NCBI GenBank assembly: GCA_965649765.1
Contig: OZ287756.1
Coordinates: forward strand, 48,732,001 to 48,796,000
DNA length: 64,000 nucleotides
Source of the DNA: Bispira polyomma
Taxonomy: Eukaryota
Direction: 5' to 3'
Shown here: piece by piece, positions 1 to 13,262 of the stretch
Layout of the letters: each line of letters begins with the position of its first letter
How positions within the stretch are numbered: the first letter of the stretch is position 1
The notes under the pieces: model-generated
Databases searched by the model: none
Seen by the model: the letters and a program-made list of their open reading frames with translations, nothing else
What the model was told of the DNA's origin: nothing
Translations under genes and position numbers: made by a program

Positions 1-460
1 AGGCTGATATTCAACAAAGAATCTTATCTTAAAATTTATGTCTCAGCTAAATTTATTGGCTAAAAATATTGTTTCAATGCATCTGATTGGCTGAGACTAA
101 TTTTTTTTTTTAATTCTATGAGCCGGAGCCATATTTACACAAAGCCTTTACTTTGTCGTAAACTGAACATTTATGTCTTAATTATTTTAAGACTGTCCAC
201 TGTTAGTATTAGTGTTAAGAGTATAGTTAACGCACTAACCAAAGATCTTTGATTTCCTACTGTCACTGGAATTAAGACCAAAATCATTAAGCTTTCCGGC
301 AAAAATCAAAGGCCCAAATCTTAAACTTCAAGACTGAGTTTGGATGAAGAACTTTTTGTTTGTGTATATGGCACAAGCCTACTAAGAATTCTTGTGATTA
401 GATTTGTGCCATTTTTTATTCAAAAAGCAGTCATAATTGCCGCAGTCTTAAATGCAGCTA

Positions 461-3400
461 TTAGTTGTATTCCGTCTTATACTTGTGCACTAAATTAATG
501 CAGCTCTTTACAGTGGCGATGTCTGAAATAGCCTCCACCACACTTTTCATGATCATCGTCACACACCGGGAGTAGTTTTCCTCCGGCGATTTCAAATTCT
601 CGCAGTCCATGACTTGGCTGGGTTCTTTAGTAGAATCCCTATCACGAATAATGTCTTTGCATTTCAACTGCAACACCGGGAAGTGTTGAATAGAGTGGAC
701 GTTAATCTTGGAATCATCAACGCTTTTACTGTGGCGAGGACGATGTTCTTGCCCCCCTCGCACGCCCTCCTCCCCGTCTGTCCCCCTTTCTGCCTGCTCG
801 CGCCGGAGTTGTTCCATACGAGAATGTAGCAAGGCCAGCATCATAGAGAGGAACGTGGTTGCCCCTTCCCCACCGTGAGACTCGCTAAGGCCGTCGTCAT
901 GGCAACCACTCAGAGCCTGTTGCTCCTCCTCCAGACAAAGACTCAGGCGCACAATGTCATCCATGACTTTCAGAGTCCCTTCCTCCGCACCTTTCTCAAT
1001 CACTTCCTCTCCATACCCACCCTCCTTCAACTTCGAAAAATACATGATAACTTTACTACTACAAAGTTGCTGACAAGATGCGTCGAGGAACTTGATTAGA
1101 TCCGGTCTTTTTTTAAACTGAACTTGATAGAGGGCCTCAGGTCTACTCAAACATTTGCTGGAGACTTTCTTGAACAACTGGTAGAGTTTCTGCAGTAGTA
1201 GGTATGTTGTCCTCTGCTTCAACGTACTACTCTTTTCTCCATCATCATCATCATCATCACAAGATTGACACAAGATGAATTTGCCTGGTTGGTTCTCCAG
1301 TTTCATGTTATACTGTTCACGTGGCCTCGCTAACTTATTCTTGAAGACTTCTACCTTTTGTTCCAGGTCCATTTTCTGCTTGGCTATGTAGTTGATGTGA
1401 AATTTCCCTTTCCCCGAAGGAACTGACAATATAAACTTACGCTGGAGATGATCCCAGGGTTTCCTTACCAACTGAGGGGTGTTGTTCCAAGCTGCTGGGT
1501 TTGCATTGTTGGTTTCTTCAGCAGCCAACTCCAAGTTCTACAACCACAAGACCACATTAATCACCATTAGTTCTAGTTGTATTTCACATAAAACATATTT
1601 ACTTGACTTCAAGAACATAACAATGAAATCTTTTATCTTATTAAAATCTCAACTTTTAATCACTAACCTCCATTCTAAGAATTTGCATTTTTAACGTACA
1701 GTCCACCTTCAATATCTTCCTTTAAATATCAAAAGAATTAACATTAGTACAACTGTTGGAAAGTGCCCAAAAAATCTTTCTAATAATACCTAAACGAAAA
1801 TTCTATACTAAATCTCATAGAGATATAGCCATTTAATTAAAAATACCTTTCTAGAAAAGATTACAAATCTGTCTTAAGCACTTCTGCCAATCGTTGTTCC
1901 ATTTTACATCTATTTGAGTACTGACCACTGGTCTAAATGACCTAAAGTATCCATTACTCACCTAGCTACAGTGCTACACCTCTGTAACTTAACCAGGTTG
2001 TAAAAAATAAAAATGTAGCTGAACAACTTATTTCACAAAAACTGCCTGGAACAATACTTTTAAAGTTACAAGTAAATTACTCACTTTGACCAGTGGTCAA
2101 TCCTCAAATTAGCCATTACTCATTAATATAAATATCCACACTTCTGAAACTCTGCCATGTTGTAGATTATAAAAAAGTAACTTAACAACATATTTGACCA
2201 AAACCCCATAGAAGTCATAGTTTAGGAATTACAAGTGAATTACTCAAGTAGCTATAGATGCTATTGCTCACTTAGCTACAGGCCCAGACATAATAAACTA
2301 TCCTATATTGTAGTAAATGATAAAATGTGTAAATTATATATTTTAGCAATGCATACAAACCATAGTTTGTCAATGACTGAGGTAAGATGATTTTATAGAA
2401 GCGGTCATGGCGGCCAACTTGTTTTTCAAAATGATGCTCTATTAAGTTGTAGGCAACCTTTCATAGTAATGAATATATCTTCCCCGCTAGTGTTGTAAAG
2501 AAAAAGATTTCTTAACGCACGGCGGCTGTAAGGCCATGCTTAATCCCAGGTATCCCCATCCCCACCCTCCTCGCTACTGGGAAACTTTTAGCAAATTTTT
2601 GTACTCAAATACTCTTTCATCATTATTTTAAAAATCTCTTTGAAGAGTTCTCTTTAAGCATAGAAATAGCTAGAATTTGCATGATTTTCCTTCAAAAAAA
2701 AAAAACTCAGTTCAATTTTATGACAATATTTGCAAAACTGCTGATATCCTAATTTTGTACTCCCGAATAGTTTATTACTCAATTCTTTAACGAGTACTTG
2801 ATGAGTACTCTTTACAGCCCTACTACTTTCTATATGAAATTATACAGTAGTGCACCTGACTGACCTCATGCAAGTGAGCCTGCTGTTGAGGTGCACCGTC
2901 TATTTCCCTCCTAAGGTATTCACATTGCTCTTCCTTATGCTGGACGTACAGGTAGGACTGAGCACCCCCCTCCCCATCCCCGGAGACCACAAAGACCAGG
3001 TGACAGGAGAAGTTGAGCAGGACGTAGTAATCCCTCTTCCAGCGGTAGAACAGGATCCTCTTATTCTCCAGTACCCAGTTCTTCTGTTCCTCAAGCAGGT
3101 ACCATTGCTGCATGTCGGGGAAGCTGTACAAAACGCCCATTGGTGATTTCTCCTGCTCGCGGCGTTCGTCGTCCTCTGGTGGGGTGACCTTGAGAAGGAC
3201 GCACCGCTCCAAGACTTGCCCAGCCACCATCAGGTCCAAGCCATAGACACTGGTATAGGTGCTTATTGTCTTATTGTCAGCACTCTTAACAAGATCGCTA
3301 TGACAGACGGCAGCACTGTACCTGTCTACACTGACGCCCACTCGCACAGGCACCAAGAAGTCAGAGTTCATGGGTAGTGAGATGCAGACATCCTTAAGCT

Positions 3401-3651
3401 TTACCATCGGTACAAACGTCCTGGCATTTTCTCCGCACAGAGTCACTTCATCGTAAACTGTGTCAATGTGCCTTCCCAGAATCTGTGTAGCCCCGAAAAC
3501 TCGCGCATTGTGTGGCAAGTCCTGTGCACCTTGTACCAAGTCACTTAAAGACAGGTTGGTGTCCACTCGTTGTTCGTACAAAATCTCCAATAAATCATCA
3601 GTCTTGTGAGATCCACTTGATAGAGCCTGCTGTATGAACATCATTCTCAGC
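461..3651 (-). CDS. Uncharacterised spliced protein-coding gene (at least 2 exons: 3651-2865 and 1537-461; about 620 aa)
   Basis: Two long GC-enriched ORFs. Acceptor ttttttccag at 3652; donor GAG|GTCAGT at 2864; acceptor gttgtag|AAC at 1538 joins in phase 0; stop at 461-463. No recognisable domain. Further 5' exons are possible. Confidence 0.7.
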
Positions 3652-3743
3652 CTGGAAAAAAATATGTATGCAAATTCAATTTAATTAATTTAATATTATT
3701 GTGACATGTATATAAACCTATGAACAATATACAATAGATGCAA

Positions 3744-4033
3744 GTGCACGTTTCCATGTCGGCAATAGCCGACGGGCAATCAGGCGACGGCCGACGGCAA
3801 TTTTATGTTTCCATGTAAGTAATTTTAGAAGGAAATTTGTGTTTCTGATTATTATTAATAAGCTGACATAATATTTACAAGGCGTAAGGCTCCTGGTACC
3901 GAAAAATCGCTTAGCACTGCCCGCCGCCTGTCGGTGTGGCTCACATGGAAACACTTGGTTATAAATCACTGAAAGTGATAAAATTGCTATTAGCTAGTCG
4001 CCTCAGAAAATTGCCTGCATGGAAATGCTCACT
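3744..4033. mobile_element. MITE with about 25-bp imperfect TIRs
   Basis: aagtgcacgtttccatgtcggcaat at the left end versus attgcctgcatggaaatgctcactt at the right end. Confidence 0.55.
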
Positions 4034-5479
4034 TAAACAGATAGAATACCACTCAGCCCAACAGAGAGCTTATGAGTCACTTTTAAACTGAGACCATCAA
4101 GTGTTAGTGATACAGAATATATAGATAGGATATAGTCATTGTTTACTGTTAAGACTTAAGAATACACTTCAGCTTTTTTTTTATACATTCCACACTTTTT
4201 CAATACAAGAGCAGAGTGGTCTGGCGTCTGGGGACAAAAAAATCGGTCTACAAGAGCTTCCATTATCGCTCATGGCTCGTGTTTTCAAGGCCAGGACCCG
4301 TATTCACAAAGACACTTAGCCAGGTTTTAGGCCTGAATCAGTATACTTTTGTGCTAGATTTAAGCCTAAGTCTTGGCTAAGTCCCTTGTTGAATACGAAC
4401 CCAGTCATATACAATATTTTTATTAAATATTAAACAAATAAAGGGTACTTGCTATGATTTGGGGTTTTCACCTTTCGTTAATAATAATGAAGTGTTCTCA
4501 CATATTTTACTGTGTATTAATAATAATAATACTTTATTTCAGACATAATTATTCAACTTCAGAGATACCAGCGATTGTTTGAAGTCCATTATAAAATTTT
4601 GCTCAAACTCGCTACGTTTTCAAGTCATGGTTATATGTTTGCTAGGAAATCCCTAGACTGCATGCACATTGTAAAAGCCCCAAGATAAAATTAGGTCAGT
4701 CGCCATATATGATCATTGTTTACAGCTATTTATAGACAGAGATCGGTCAATAGTAATCGTTGCCACAGAAATTTGTTAAAAAAGTACAAAAGAAAATTAT
4801 TTTACAGCTATAAATTACAATTTCAAAAGCGAGGCTGTGGGACGATACTAATGTGATTTGCAGGTGCTCTGGACACACCCAAAAACTTACCAAAATGCAA
4901 ATAGTCTCGGATTCGTTATCGGAATCGACCTCAAAAAGAAAACGGGAGCATAAGAGCCCAAACTCTATACTCAATGCGAATTTGAGACCACAGCTCCCTA
5001 CAAGTTAGCCTGTCGACACGTTTTGTACACCTTATCTATCTTTCCCAACTCATGGTAAACATATGAATGACGTCACTGAAAGTGACAGCATTCTCATAAA
5101 ATAAATATGTAGGGGTCTTGAATTAATTTGCATAATTTTTAAAAATTATTCCTTCTCCTAAAATTTAACTTGAAATAATTGTGCATATCTTTCACCCGCA
5201 GCAAAAACTAATGAATGACTTTAACACAGCAACCAGAACACACCATATCTGGGAAACTGCTGTTGAATACTATGTTACTTGACTCTGATATATAGAGATA
5301 TCAATTTTATGTGTGTCACTGACTCACTGATGTATATCTTATACAAACTTTGTAGTTGATTTTCCAATTTCACAATTCAATTTGTTTTGTAATTGAAAGT
5401 AAAGGCTCTCAGATTTTGTATCTAAATGATATCCTTCAAATCCAAATTTCCACCATTGCTACACTAAAGTTTACTTAAG

Positions 5480-7110
5480 CGGTTAAGAATGTAAAATGAA
5501 AAAAAAAAGAAAAAAAAAGAAAGAATGTAAACGCATAAACCGACCACTGATAACCACGCTATGTAAGTTTGAGCTTCTCAGAAATTGTACAACTTTTATT
5601 TTTGTGTCTTAAACTCGAGTTATGGATATCATATTTACATTTTCATAAGTAAAAATAATAAAGAATGGCATGTTTTTTAATTATATGCTAATTTATATAT
5701 TTTATGTGTCATTTTATTATATATTTTGGGACATAAAATACATATGGCAGTGTGTATAAATTGTAACAAAAATGGTTACTATTTGTAATAATTACATGCT
5801 TCACAAACGTGACACAATTCACATCTAAACGAGTGGGGTTAAAGACCCCAAAAAGGCGGGTTGTACAATTGGTATCAAGGATTGAGTCCAGCAACAAGTT
5901 TATTATTTGTTTGTACAGATTTATAGTTATTTTACCGTAAGTGGTCCTATAGACCGCAAGACTATTGTTTTACAGGTCTCTAGCTACTTCTATTTTAGAA
6001 ACTAACCTGTAGACTACTTGAATCAAATGGCAATCCATATTGCTTTATGATCTGTCCAGTATGTTTTCCTTTAAATAAGCGGAAACCGTTTTTAAGATGG
6101 CAGCCGTGGCGGCCATCTTGTTTTTCGGAATGGGCCAAAATACAATTTCAACCAAGCTATTGACATGATACACCTCCACAACAAATTTGGTGATGATAGC
6201 TGCAATTTGAATTGGGATATTTAACGTCCACTCTAGTACCTGTTCAGGTTATATTGGGACGGGTAGTTGAAACGCTAGAGGAAACACTGCATACAGTTGA
6301 TCAAGGTTCTGCACTGAAACTAGCGACCCACAGTAAGGAACTACCGCTTTTCCAGTCGAACTCACGCCGACCAGGATAGCTGCAATACTTTTCCCTTAAA
6401 TATCCGGAACCTGTTTTCAAGAAGGCGGCCGTGGTGGCCATCTTGTTTTTCAGAATAGGCCCAAATACAATCCCAACCAAGCTATTGACATGATACACAT
6501 CCACAACAAATTTGGTGAATATACTTTAAATAGTTTTCCTGCAAATGTCCAGAAACCAAAATGTTGACGGACAGACGGACGGACGGACGGACGGACGGAC
6601 GTCAGACACGTCAATCTAATAGGCACATTGGTTACCCGCAACCCACCCAAAAAGGCATCAATACTGAAGTATTATAAAAAGGAAAACCTCTGCATTATTT
6701 TGAATGATTTATTTTTTCCATTATTGTACAAAAACTGTGTTTATTTTAGAAAAGCATTTATGTTGCCATTTTGTAAAAACAAGATTATTTGGTATTATTT
6801 ATTTTTTATAAAATAGCGAAACATATTTAAAAATGCAATTCATTCAAAATAATATACCTGTATCCTAAAATTGTATGGCGTATATAATTTCTTTATATAT
6901 GCTGAATTAATACCCTTATTGTACGAGAGAAAGATCTCTCTGAAAATTGTTTACAAATATGACGTTCCACCATGGATTTCAAATTGTGTGACGTCAGAAT
7001 ACAAGAATGGTTATAGGGCTGTTTTAAATCACTTTGTAACAAAATAATCAAGTTCTAAATGGTATGTGCATATAGAACTGATTAAAACAGTCTCTAAAGC
7101 ACCATTTTAT
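5480..7110 (-). mobile_element. Diverged Kolobok-like MITE (same family as 58054-58932), split by a nested HINE at about 5826-6652
   Basis: About 5525-5825 and 6652-7100 match the reverse complement of 58100-58920, colinear on both sides of the insert. Confidence 0.65.
5826..6652 (-). mobile_element. HINE / Helentron-associated (DINE-1/Pearl-like) element containing a SINE fragment (6218-6375)
   Basis: Subterminal inverted repeat AGGCGGGTTG, (GACG)n microsatellite at 6566-6602, tandem core repeats, terminal GGGGT..ACCCC hairpin, T/A-rich insertion site. Homologous to 45783-46415. Confidence 0.65.
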
Positions 7111-7283
7111 GAACACTGTATTGGGTATATGTACATGGGTGGTACGAATTCTGGACAGAAATTACTAAATTTTTCTGGTACTAAAATTGGATAATATTTT
7201 GGCAGTGCGTTTATGGGCTCACATTCATAGTCCCTTAAGTTTACTGAAGTACAAGTTCCTCAAAGTTCCTGAAAAAGGTTGTA

Positions 7284-7456
7284 CAGTAGACTCTGTATGT
7301 AGAACCAGTGTAAGTCGAATTTAGGTATAAGTGGAACCAGTTTTGAGGTACCAACATCAGAAAATCTTGCATTTTTGTAGGTATAAGTGGAAGTTAGCCA
7401 TAATTAGAACCCAAATCCTATGGATATAGGAGTTTCTAGTTATACAGAGTCTACTG
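7284..7456. mobile_element. Tc1/mariner-type MITE
   Basis: 15-bp TIR CAGTAGACTCTGTAT / ATACAGAGTCTACTG flanked by TA on both sides. Confidence 0.7.
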
Positions 7457-8609
7457 TATACGATTTGCCCAAAAGGGATCCATAATTTAGATTTACAGAG
7501 GCCAAAGACCCATGTCCAGGATTTTTTCAACTGACATAAAGGAATGTCTAGTCAAAGTGAATAACTAGTTAAAATATTAAATTTTAGCAATAGATTGAAA
7601 CTTTACAATACAAAAGAAGTTTGTTTAACTGAACACTGCTGGAGACATGCCTTTTGGTCGGATAAATAGGATATTCGGATCCACCTACAAAACGGTATTT
7701 GACTTTTCGATTTTAACATAAAGTTTCACTACAAAACATCCCCTACACTGGTATTACAACTATTAAGTGGTAATCTCATCAAATAATCAGTCTTCATTTA
7801 AAATATATGTTATATGTTAAATATTTTACTATTTAGTATGGGTGCGACAATAGCAAAAATTAGCGTCCGGGATACCGTTTGTCAAAAACCGTTCCGATTC
7901 CGGGATACCGCAAACAAAATAAACCCAAATACTGCCAATTGAATAGACCCTCTTGAACCGGAAGTACGCAAAAGCAAATCAAAACAGGTTTACTGGTTTA
8001 CCTAAAAACGACTAAAATGTAATAAAAACTCTAAAATTTTAATAATTTGCCAACATAAAACCTATTTTTATGATTCAATACATATAGTTTGTTTTTCGTT
8101 TGCAGTAAAAAAGATTGTACATTCGATATACCGGTATTAACTTTTTGAATTTGGTTGGCACAAAAAAGGTCCCGTACGAACAATGCCGGCTGTACCAACG
8201 CAGCCCTGCTATTTAGAAACTTAGTTTGGGTCGACATAAACAACAAAAATGGCTTTTCTGATGAAAACCGCCAAATTTTAATGAAAACGGGTGTTTAAAG
8301 ACACTGTTTTAGTTTAAACTATGTTCCAAAAATCTTACACTGACCCACACACCACTTATATCATGTGTGACAATTAATATGTTTTCGTGACCAAAATGAA
8401 TTCTAATTTTTAAACATGACAAAGTAGGGGTTGGCGTTAATTTTCACAGTATATCACCGTTTACCTTATAACTTTTGACCCTATGTATTTAGTTAGCGCT
8501 ACACACTAGCATTGCCTTGGTGAATAGATGGATTACAATCAGCTTTTTAATCACACAAATAAACACTTTAGAAATAAAGAAGTTACACATACTTGCATAG
8601 AAAAGGATA

Positions 8610-9456
8610 CAGGGTTCGCGCTTACGCCGTCTGGGTAGCTAAAAATGTAGAATTTTCGTCAGCGCACGCAAATTAAAATATACAATGTGTCCATTGGGAC
8701 ACAGAATTTATTTGAAGTAAAACAATCGCCATTTTCCCCTTTTAATTTTTATATATTTAAAAGTTTAATCTCACTTTCTAGTAGTCTCGCAAATATGGCT
8801 GATCTCGATGTTTTGATTTGGTTCTTCCGTTTGTGGCGTTTCGAATAGGTAGTTCCTAAAACTTGGAATTCTGTTACAGCCTTGGTGACATGAAAATTGC
8901 CCAACTTTTATTTAATCACAGTTCAAGTACCTAAACTGTATTTTATATTATAATTATGAAACTGAATGGTCAATAAGCCTTCCCAATCGACTTGTTCTAT
9001 CTAACTACACCACTGAGCCTCAGCTTATTTTGGGGGGGATTTTTTTTTTTAAGCTGTAGTTTATTTTTTAGATGTTTGGTATAATTTCATGGGTTTGTTT
9101 TGTGTTAAATTATATATTTGGATGTAGAAATATCAAATTTGTAGTGTTTGACCTAAATTTATATATCTCATGGGTAACAGTGGTTTGTTTTGTGTTAAAT
9201 TATATATTTGGATGTATAAGTATTAATATTAAATTTGTAACGTTTGACTTAAATTTTCATATTCTATGTTATTATATTCTGTTGTTCGATAAGTGTAAAA
9301 ATACAACAGTATCTATTCATTATATGGAAATTATTGTATTGGTTACTATGATGAAAAATATCTATTGGATGCATGGAAGTTACTCTGGGACCCCATTTTT
9401 TTATGAGAGGTGGGGTCCCATATACCCCACTTTAAAAAATTGTAGCGCCAACCCTG
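8610..9456. mobile_element. hAT-like MITE with 5-bp TSD (copy A)
   Basis: TIRs CAGGGTTCGCGCT / AGCGCCAACCCTG; TSD GGATA at 8605-8609 and 9457-9461; homologous over its full length to 52813-53672. Confidence 0.85.
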
Positions 9457-10330
9457 GGATATTTGTTGATTCTAGTGCTTTGTGTTATCAAATTTAACCC
9501 AGTGACGGAATATTTCAGAAAGATACGTGATTATCGCTCAAAGAGACGGTTATTGTAAGGAAAACGATTAAAAAATTGGGTGAAGATAATCTGGACTTTC
9601 GGATAAACGGAGGTCGGCTAAACAATCTTCTTCTGTACATTGTACCTGCAATTTTAAAAAAAAATTGTAAGGTTTGCCGATACATACCTCTGTTGTTGCA
9701 CTTCATCTTCAAGCATTTTGTTGGAGGGTGTTAAATCAACCAAGGCTAAACCAAGATCTGTGTTAAAAAATATATGAATCTCTGTATACATAAAGCTATT
9801 AAATATTTGCTTAATATACAACACTAGTTATACTACAACATCTACTGTACTTTTAGAGCGAGTTTTTTGCCCTCGAAATTTCAATTTTTGGTTATGGTAA
9901 CTCCTCTGTCCCTCGCTGTGTGTACCATCAGAAAAATTAAAGCATCGCGGCGGAACAGAAACTCGGTCTACTGTACATTATGCTAAGTATGAGACCATTT
10001 ATAAGATATATATCTAACATGCTAAAAGCCGAAAACATCGTTATAGTAAACAAAACTAAATACTTTTGTGTAGATGCAACTTGGTAAAATTATTGAGATC
10101 ATTATTATTTTTCTTTTAATTTCACTCATTATTATTATTTTTTTAATTTTCACTCTACTTTTTGCAAGTTTTTACAACTGATGGCTTTAAGTATGTGGGA
10201 TATGGTGGTTATGTTACACGTTGTTTCGACACCAGGCACCCATTAGAATTGGCACCAATGGAAATATATATGGGTGAGGGTGTCGAAATGGCCATCAACA
10301 GTTACTTTAACATATATGTGTACTTCAATG

Positions 10331-10984
10331 TTAATCCTTTGAATTACTGAAAGTAAAGCCTGTCTTAAAAATATAGACAAATATACCTGTGACATTTTCT
10401 AAATATTTGCCATACACCATTTGTGCAAGTTCATAATATCCATAATTTAAAAAAAGACAGAGCGCCTCTCTAAACACAAAGTCAATTTTCATTGCATCCG
10501 CAACGAAACACAGAAAATATGCCATTTCTTTACAGAAGGTATATGTCGAATCTTGAAATGACTTTAGACTCCTGCTGTCATCGTTCTCAAAAGAAACATG
10601 TTTTTGTAAAAAACCCAATTTTTCATCTTTCACTTGAAGCTGTTGAGGAACTTTTTCAATCATTAAATCTTCAAATACATCCAATTCCTCCTTTTCCAGG
10701 CCAGCAATTTCTTTCTGATCCGTTATTTTATTGTGTTCTATTGCATCATCTTTAAAACGCAATGCAATTAGTTTATCAGTCTTATTGTTCCCTTCAAGCT
10801 GCTGAAGTTCTTTCTTTGCTAAAGCTTCAATTTTACTAACAGCTTGATGAAAGGCTTGGTCAGTTTCCTCCTTTTCCATGTGATCAGTTTTTTTCTTATT
10901 CTTTTTTTCGTTGTGTTTTCTTATATCATCTTTAAAACGGCCCTTTTTCTTTCGAACACCTTTGTATGTATCCATGTTCCACCC
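10331..10984 (-). CDS. Uncharacterised Lys/Glu-rich protein (214 aa ORF) with an internal RFKDD...EKEE duplication and hydrophobic C-terminus
   Basis: Strong acceptor ttttttttattcag| just upstream of the ATG at 10975; 214-codon ORF in AT-rich DNA. Confidence 0.5.
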   Translation of the reverse strand, partial: GWNMDTYKGVRKKKGRFKDDIRKHNEKKNKKKTDHMEKEETDQAFHQAVSKIEALAKKELQQLEGNNKTDKLIALRFKDDAIEHNKITDQKEIAGLEKEELDVFEDLMIEKVPQQLQVKDEKLGFLQKHVSFENDDSRSLKSFQDSTYTFCKEMAYFLCFVADAMKIDFVFREALCLFLNYGYYELAQMVYGKYLENVTGIFVYIFKTGFTFSNSKD

Positions 10985-12004
10985 TGAATAAAAAAAATAA
11001 TAAGTTTACACAAATAATTGAGTCATTGCACTGATTCGGATCAATGGAGCAGTAAACTGTACTTGATTTTGATTGTTTTGTTCACTCAGTACATAGACTC
11101 GCCAGGTGCAGGTCCTATTCAGTAGATCGACAGCCCATTACTTAACAGAAAATAACATTAACACTTTTGGCGCGTGTATCAAAGTATAACTGTCAATGTA
11201 GAGCAATAATTTGACGTATATGTTTCGTAAATGGTGTTAATACAAAAAAGTACGGACAACTCTGCAAATTATCATTCCTGAATCAACCAGTTAAAATGGT
11301 GGCAAATATAACCATGGGAATCCCCCAGTTTCGGTTTCGAGGTGGTGCTTTCTAAGCCTTGAAAAGTCGGTACCCGAAAAATCAATGTAAAATCGCCTTC
11401 ATATATTTCTTAATAAAATAAAAATCTACTAAAGGTTATATTTTAGCCATCACGATAATCCTACGACAAATCTAATGTAATGATGTAGTTTGTTGTCGTT
11501 GTTTTTTTCCCAATTAATAACAACACTTCTTATTTTCTATTATATTGTCAAATGTTAAGTACATTTCTCAAAAATTAATACCCAATAAAAATGCACAGAA
11601 TATACGACTTACAAAAATATATAGCTTAGTTTTGTGGTATCAATAAACATGCCAAAGTTGTTTACTTTGAACAAAAATTATCAAAAGCATATTTCTTATC
11701 ACATATGTTACGCAACTATGTTTCATCACTGTTGGTTGAACCGTTCATCCGTATAACCGTTACAAGGTGATATCACCTGCAACTACTCTTAAATCTATCA
11801 GGCAATCCTTGAGATTGTATTTTAATAAATTATTATAAGTAAATTAAAAACACCAAAATATGTTTATGCAAAATGTACATTGGAGATGTAAATATAATAC
11901 TCCACAAGTATGCTTTATAAGATCATTGAAAAATATTAATATGGCTAGACATCTGGTTGCTGTTTCTCTGTGCTGTCTTGTAGCTCATATGAAACATGGT
12001 CAAC

Positions 12005-12012
12005 TTTTATAG
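12005..12012 (-). promoter_or_regulatory. Candidate TATA box (TATAAAAG) for the minus-strand gene, 45 bp outside the Maverick left end
   Basis: Reverse complement of cttttata; oriented toward the 10984 exon; no transcript evidence. Confidence 0.3.
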
Positions 12013-12056
12013 GACTATAGTGTGCAGTTTTTTACATTATTTATACATGGTGCACA

Positions 12057-12485
12057 AGTAGTATAGAGGGAGCAAAACACCCCCCAACACCCTGCTGATT
12101 ATGTGTTGGTTGCTGTGGCAAATCTGGTTGCTAGGTTGGTTGCTATGGTGATGTGACAAATTGTCTCAAACTGCGCGACAAATTGTTGCAAGTTGTGCGA
12201 CGAATTGTCGCAAGCTCTGCGACAAGTTGTCGCAAGTTTAAATGGTAGATGGGAAACCTTGTGTAAATTGATGTGACAAATTGTCGCCAGGTGTGCGACA
12301 GATCATCGCATGTGTATTGCCGATGCGCGTTACTGATGTGCAAAGACACACATGATTTTGGGGATATCTCAGTGACTACTGACTAGTGACTAGTGGAGTG
12401 ATTTTGATTTTGTTAAGAAAGCATTGGAAAGCACAGGTCAAGGGCTACAAGCAGGTATGTATTACATATATTATATATATGTATT
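12057..12485 (+). repeat. Maverick left TIR
   Basis: Reverse complement of about 20490-20861 with substitutions and indels; contains multiple TGCGACAAATTGTCGCA-type palindromes. Confidence 0.9.
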
Positions 12486-12844
12486 ATATATATATATGTA
12501 TTATATATCTGAGCATTGAATAATTTGTGAGATATAATTTTTTTTTTGTAATTTAAAAATTTGTTTTATTAAAGCACAAACTACAATAATTCTGGAGTTT
12601 ATTGACAAAAAGTTATGAGGAAAATAGGTAAAGACAAATAGCCAGTGTCCCACCATAAAGAATTAAAAAATGACATGTGTATTTTCAACGTTTATTTAAA
12701 CTGTTATGATAACATTATCTTAACATTCAATTCACATTTAAAGTTTATTGTCTTTGACAATAATATCAACATTATTTACAACAGTATTTACAACACTACA
12801 ACATTGTTGATAACATTTATTTTCTTTGTTAATAGTATCTTTCT

Positions 12845-13200
12845 TAATCTTCCAACACATTGGCTCCCAGTCACAAATACTCTGGGGTTTCCTGCTTGAG
12901 ATCGATGAACAAATAGCTTTAGGGGCCCAAGAATATCACTCTGTTATACACCTGGTCCATATACTCTGGATCTTTGGGGTACATCTGTTTGGCTAAATGT
13001 TTAATCTGACTGGCATCTCAGGGATTCTTGAACAGTACCATATACTGGTATTTACTTTGGTGAAACACATTTTGAGTCACCACAATGACAGAAATGTTGC
13101 AGTGATGACTGCCTTTGGTAAACAACTCAGTCACTCCACTTTCCAAGCGATCCATCATGTCATCTAAAATAAGCAAGAAAGCTTCTAATTCCTGAGACAT
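12845..13200 (-). pseudogene. Maverick FtsK/HerA (A32-like) packaging ATPase, C-terminal part only
   Basis: LLILDDMM (Walker B), FTKGSHHCNISVIVVTQN and YMVLFKNP motifs, continuing past a stop as DASQIKHLAKQMYP; Walker A region absent. Confidence 0.85.
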
Positions 13201-13262
13201 GTTTACAGTTGAGTGTCTGATGAAAGAATGAACTTTTAACTAAAATGTTTCATTTAATATAC

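Noticed and set aside
9072-9497. 141-aa hydrophobic ORF
   Set aside because: Lies inside a MITE and is not kept open in the second copy
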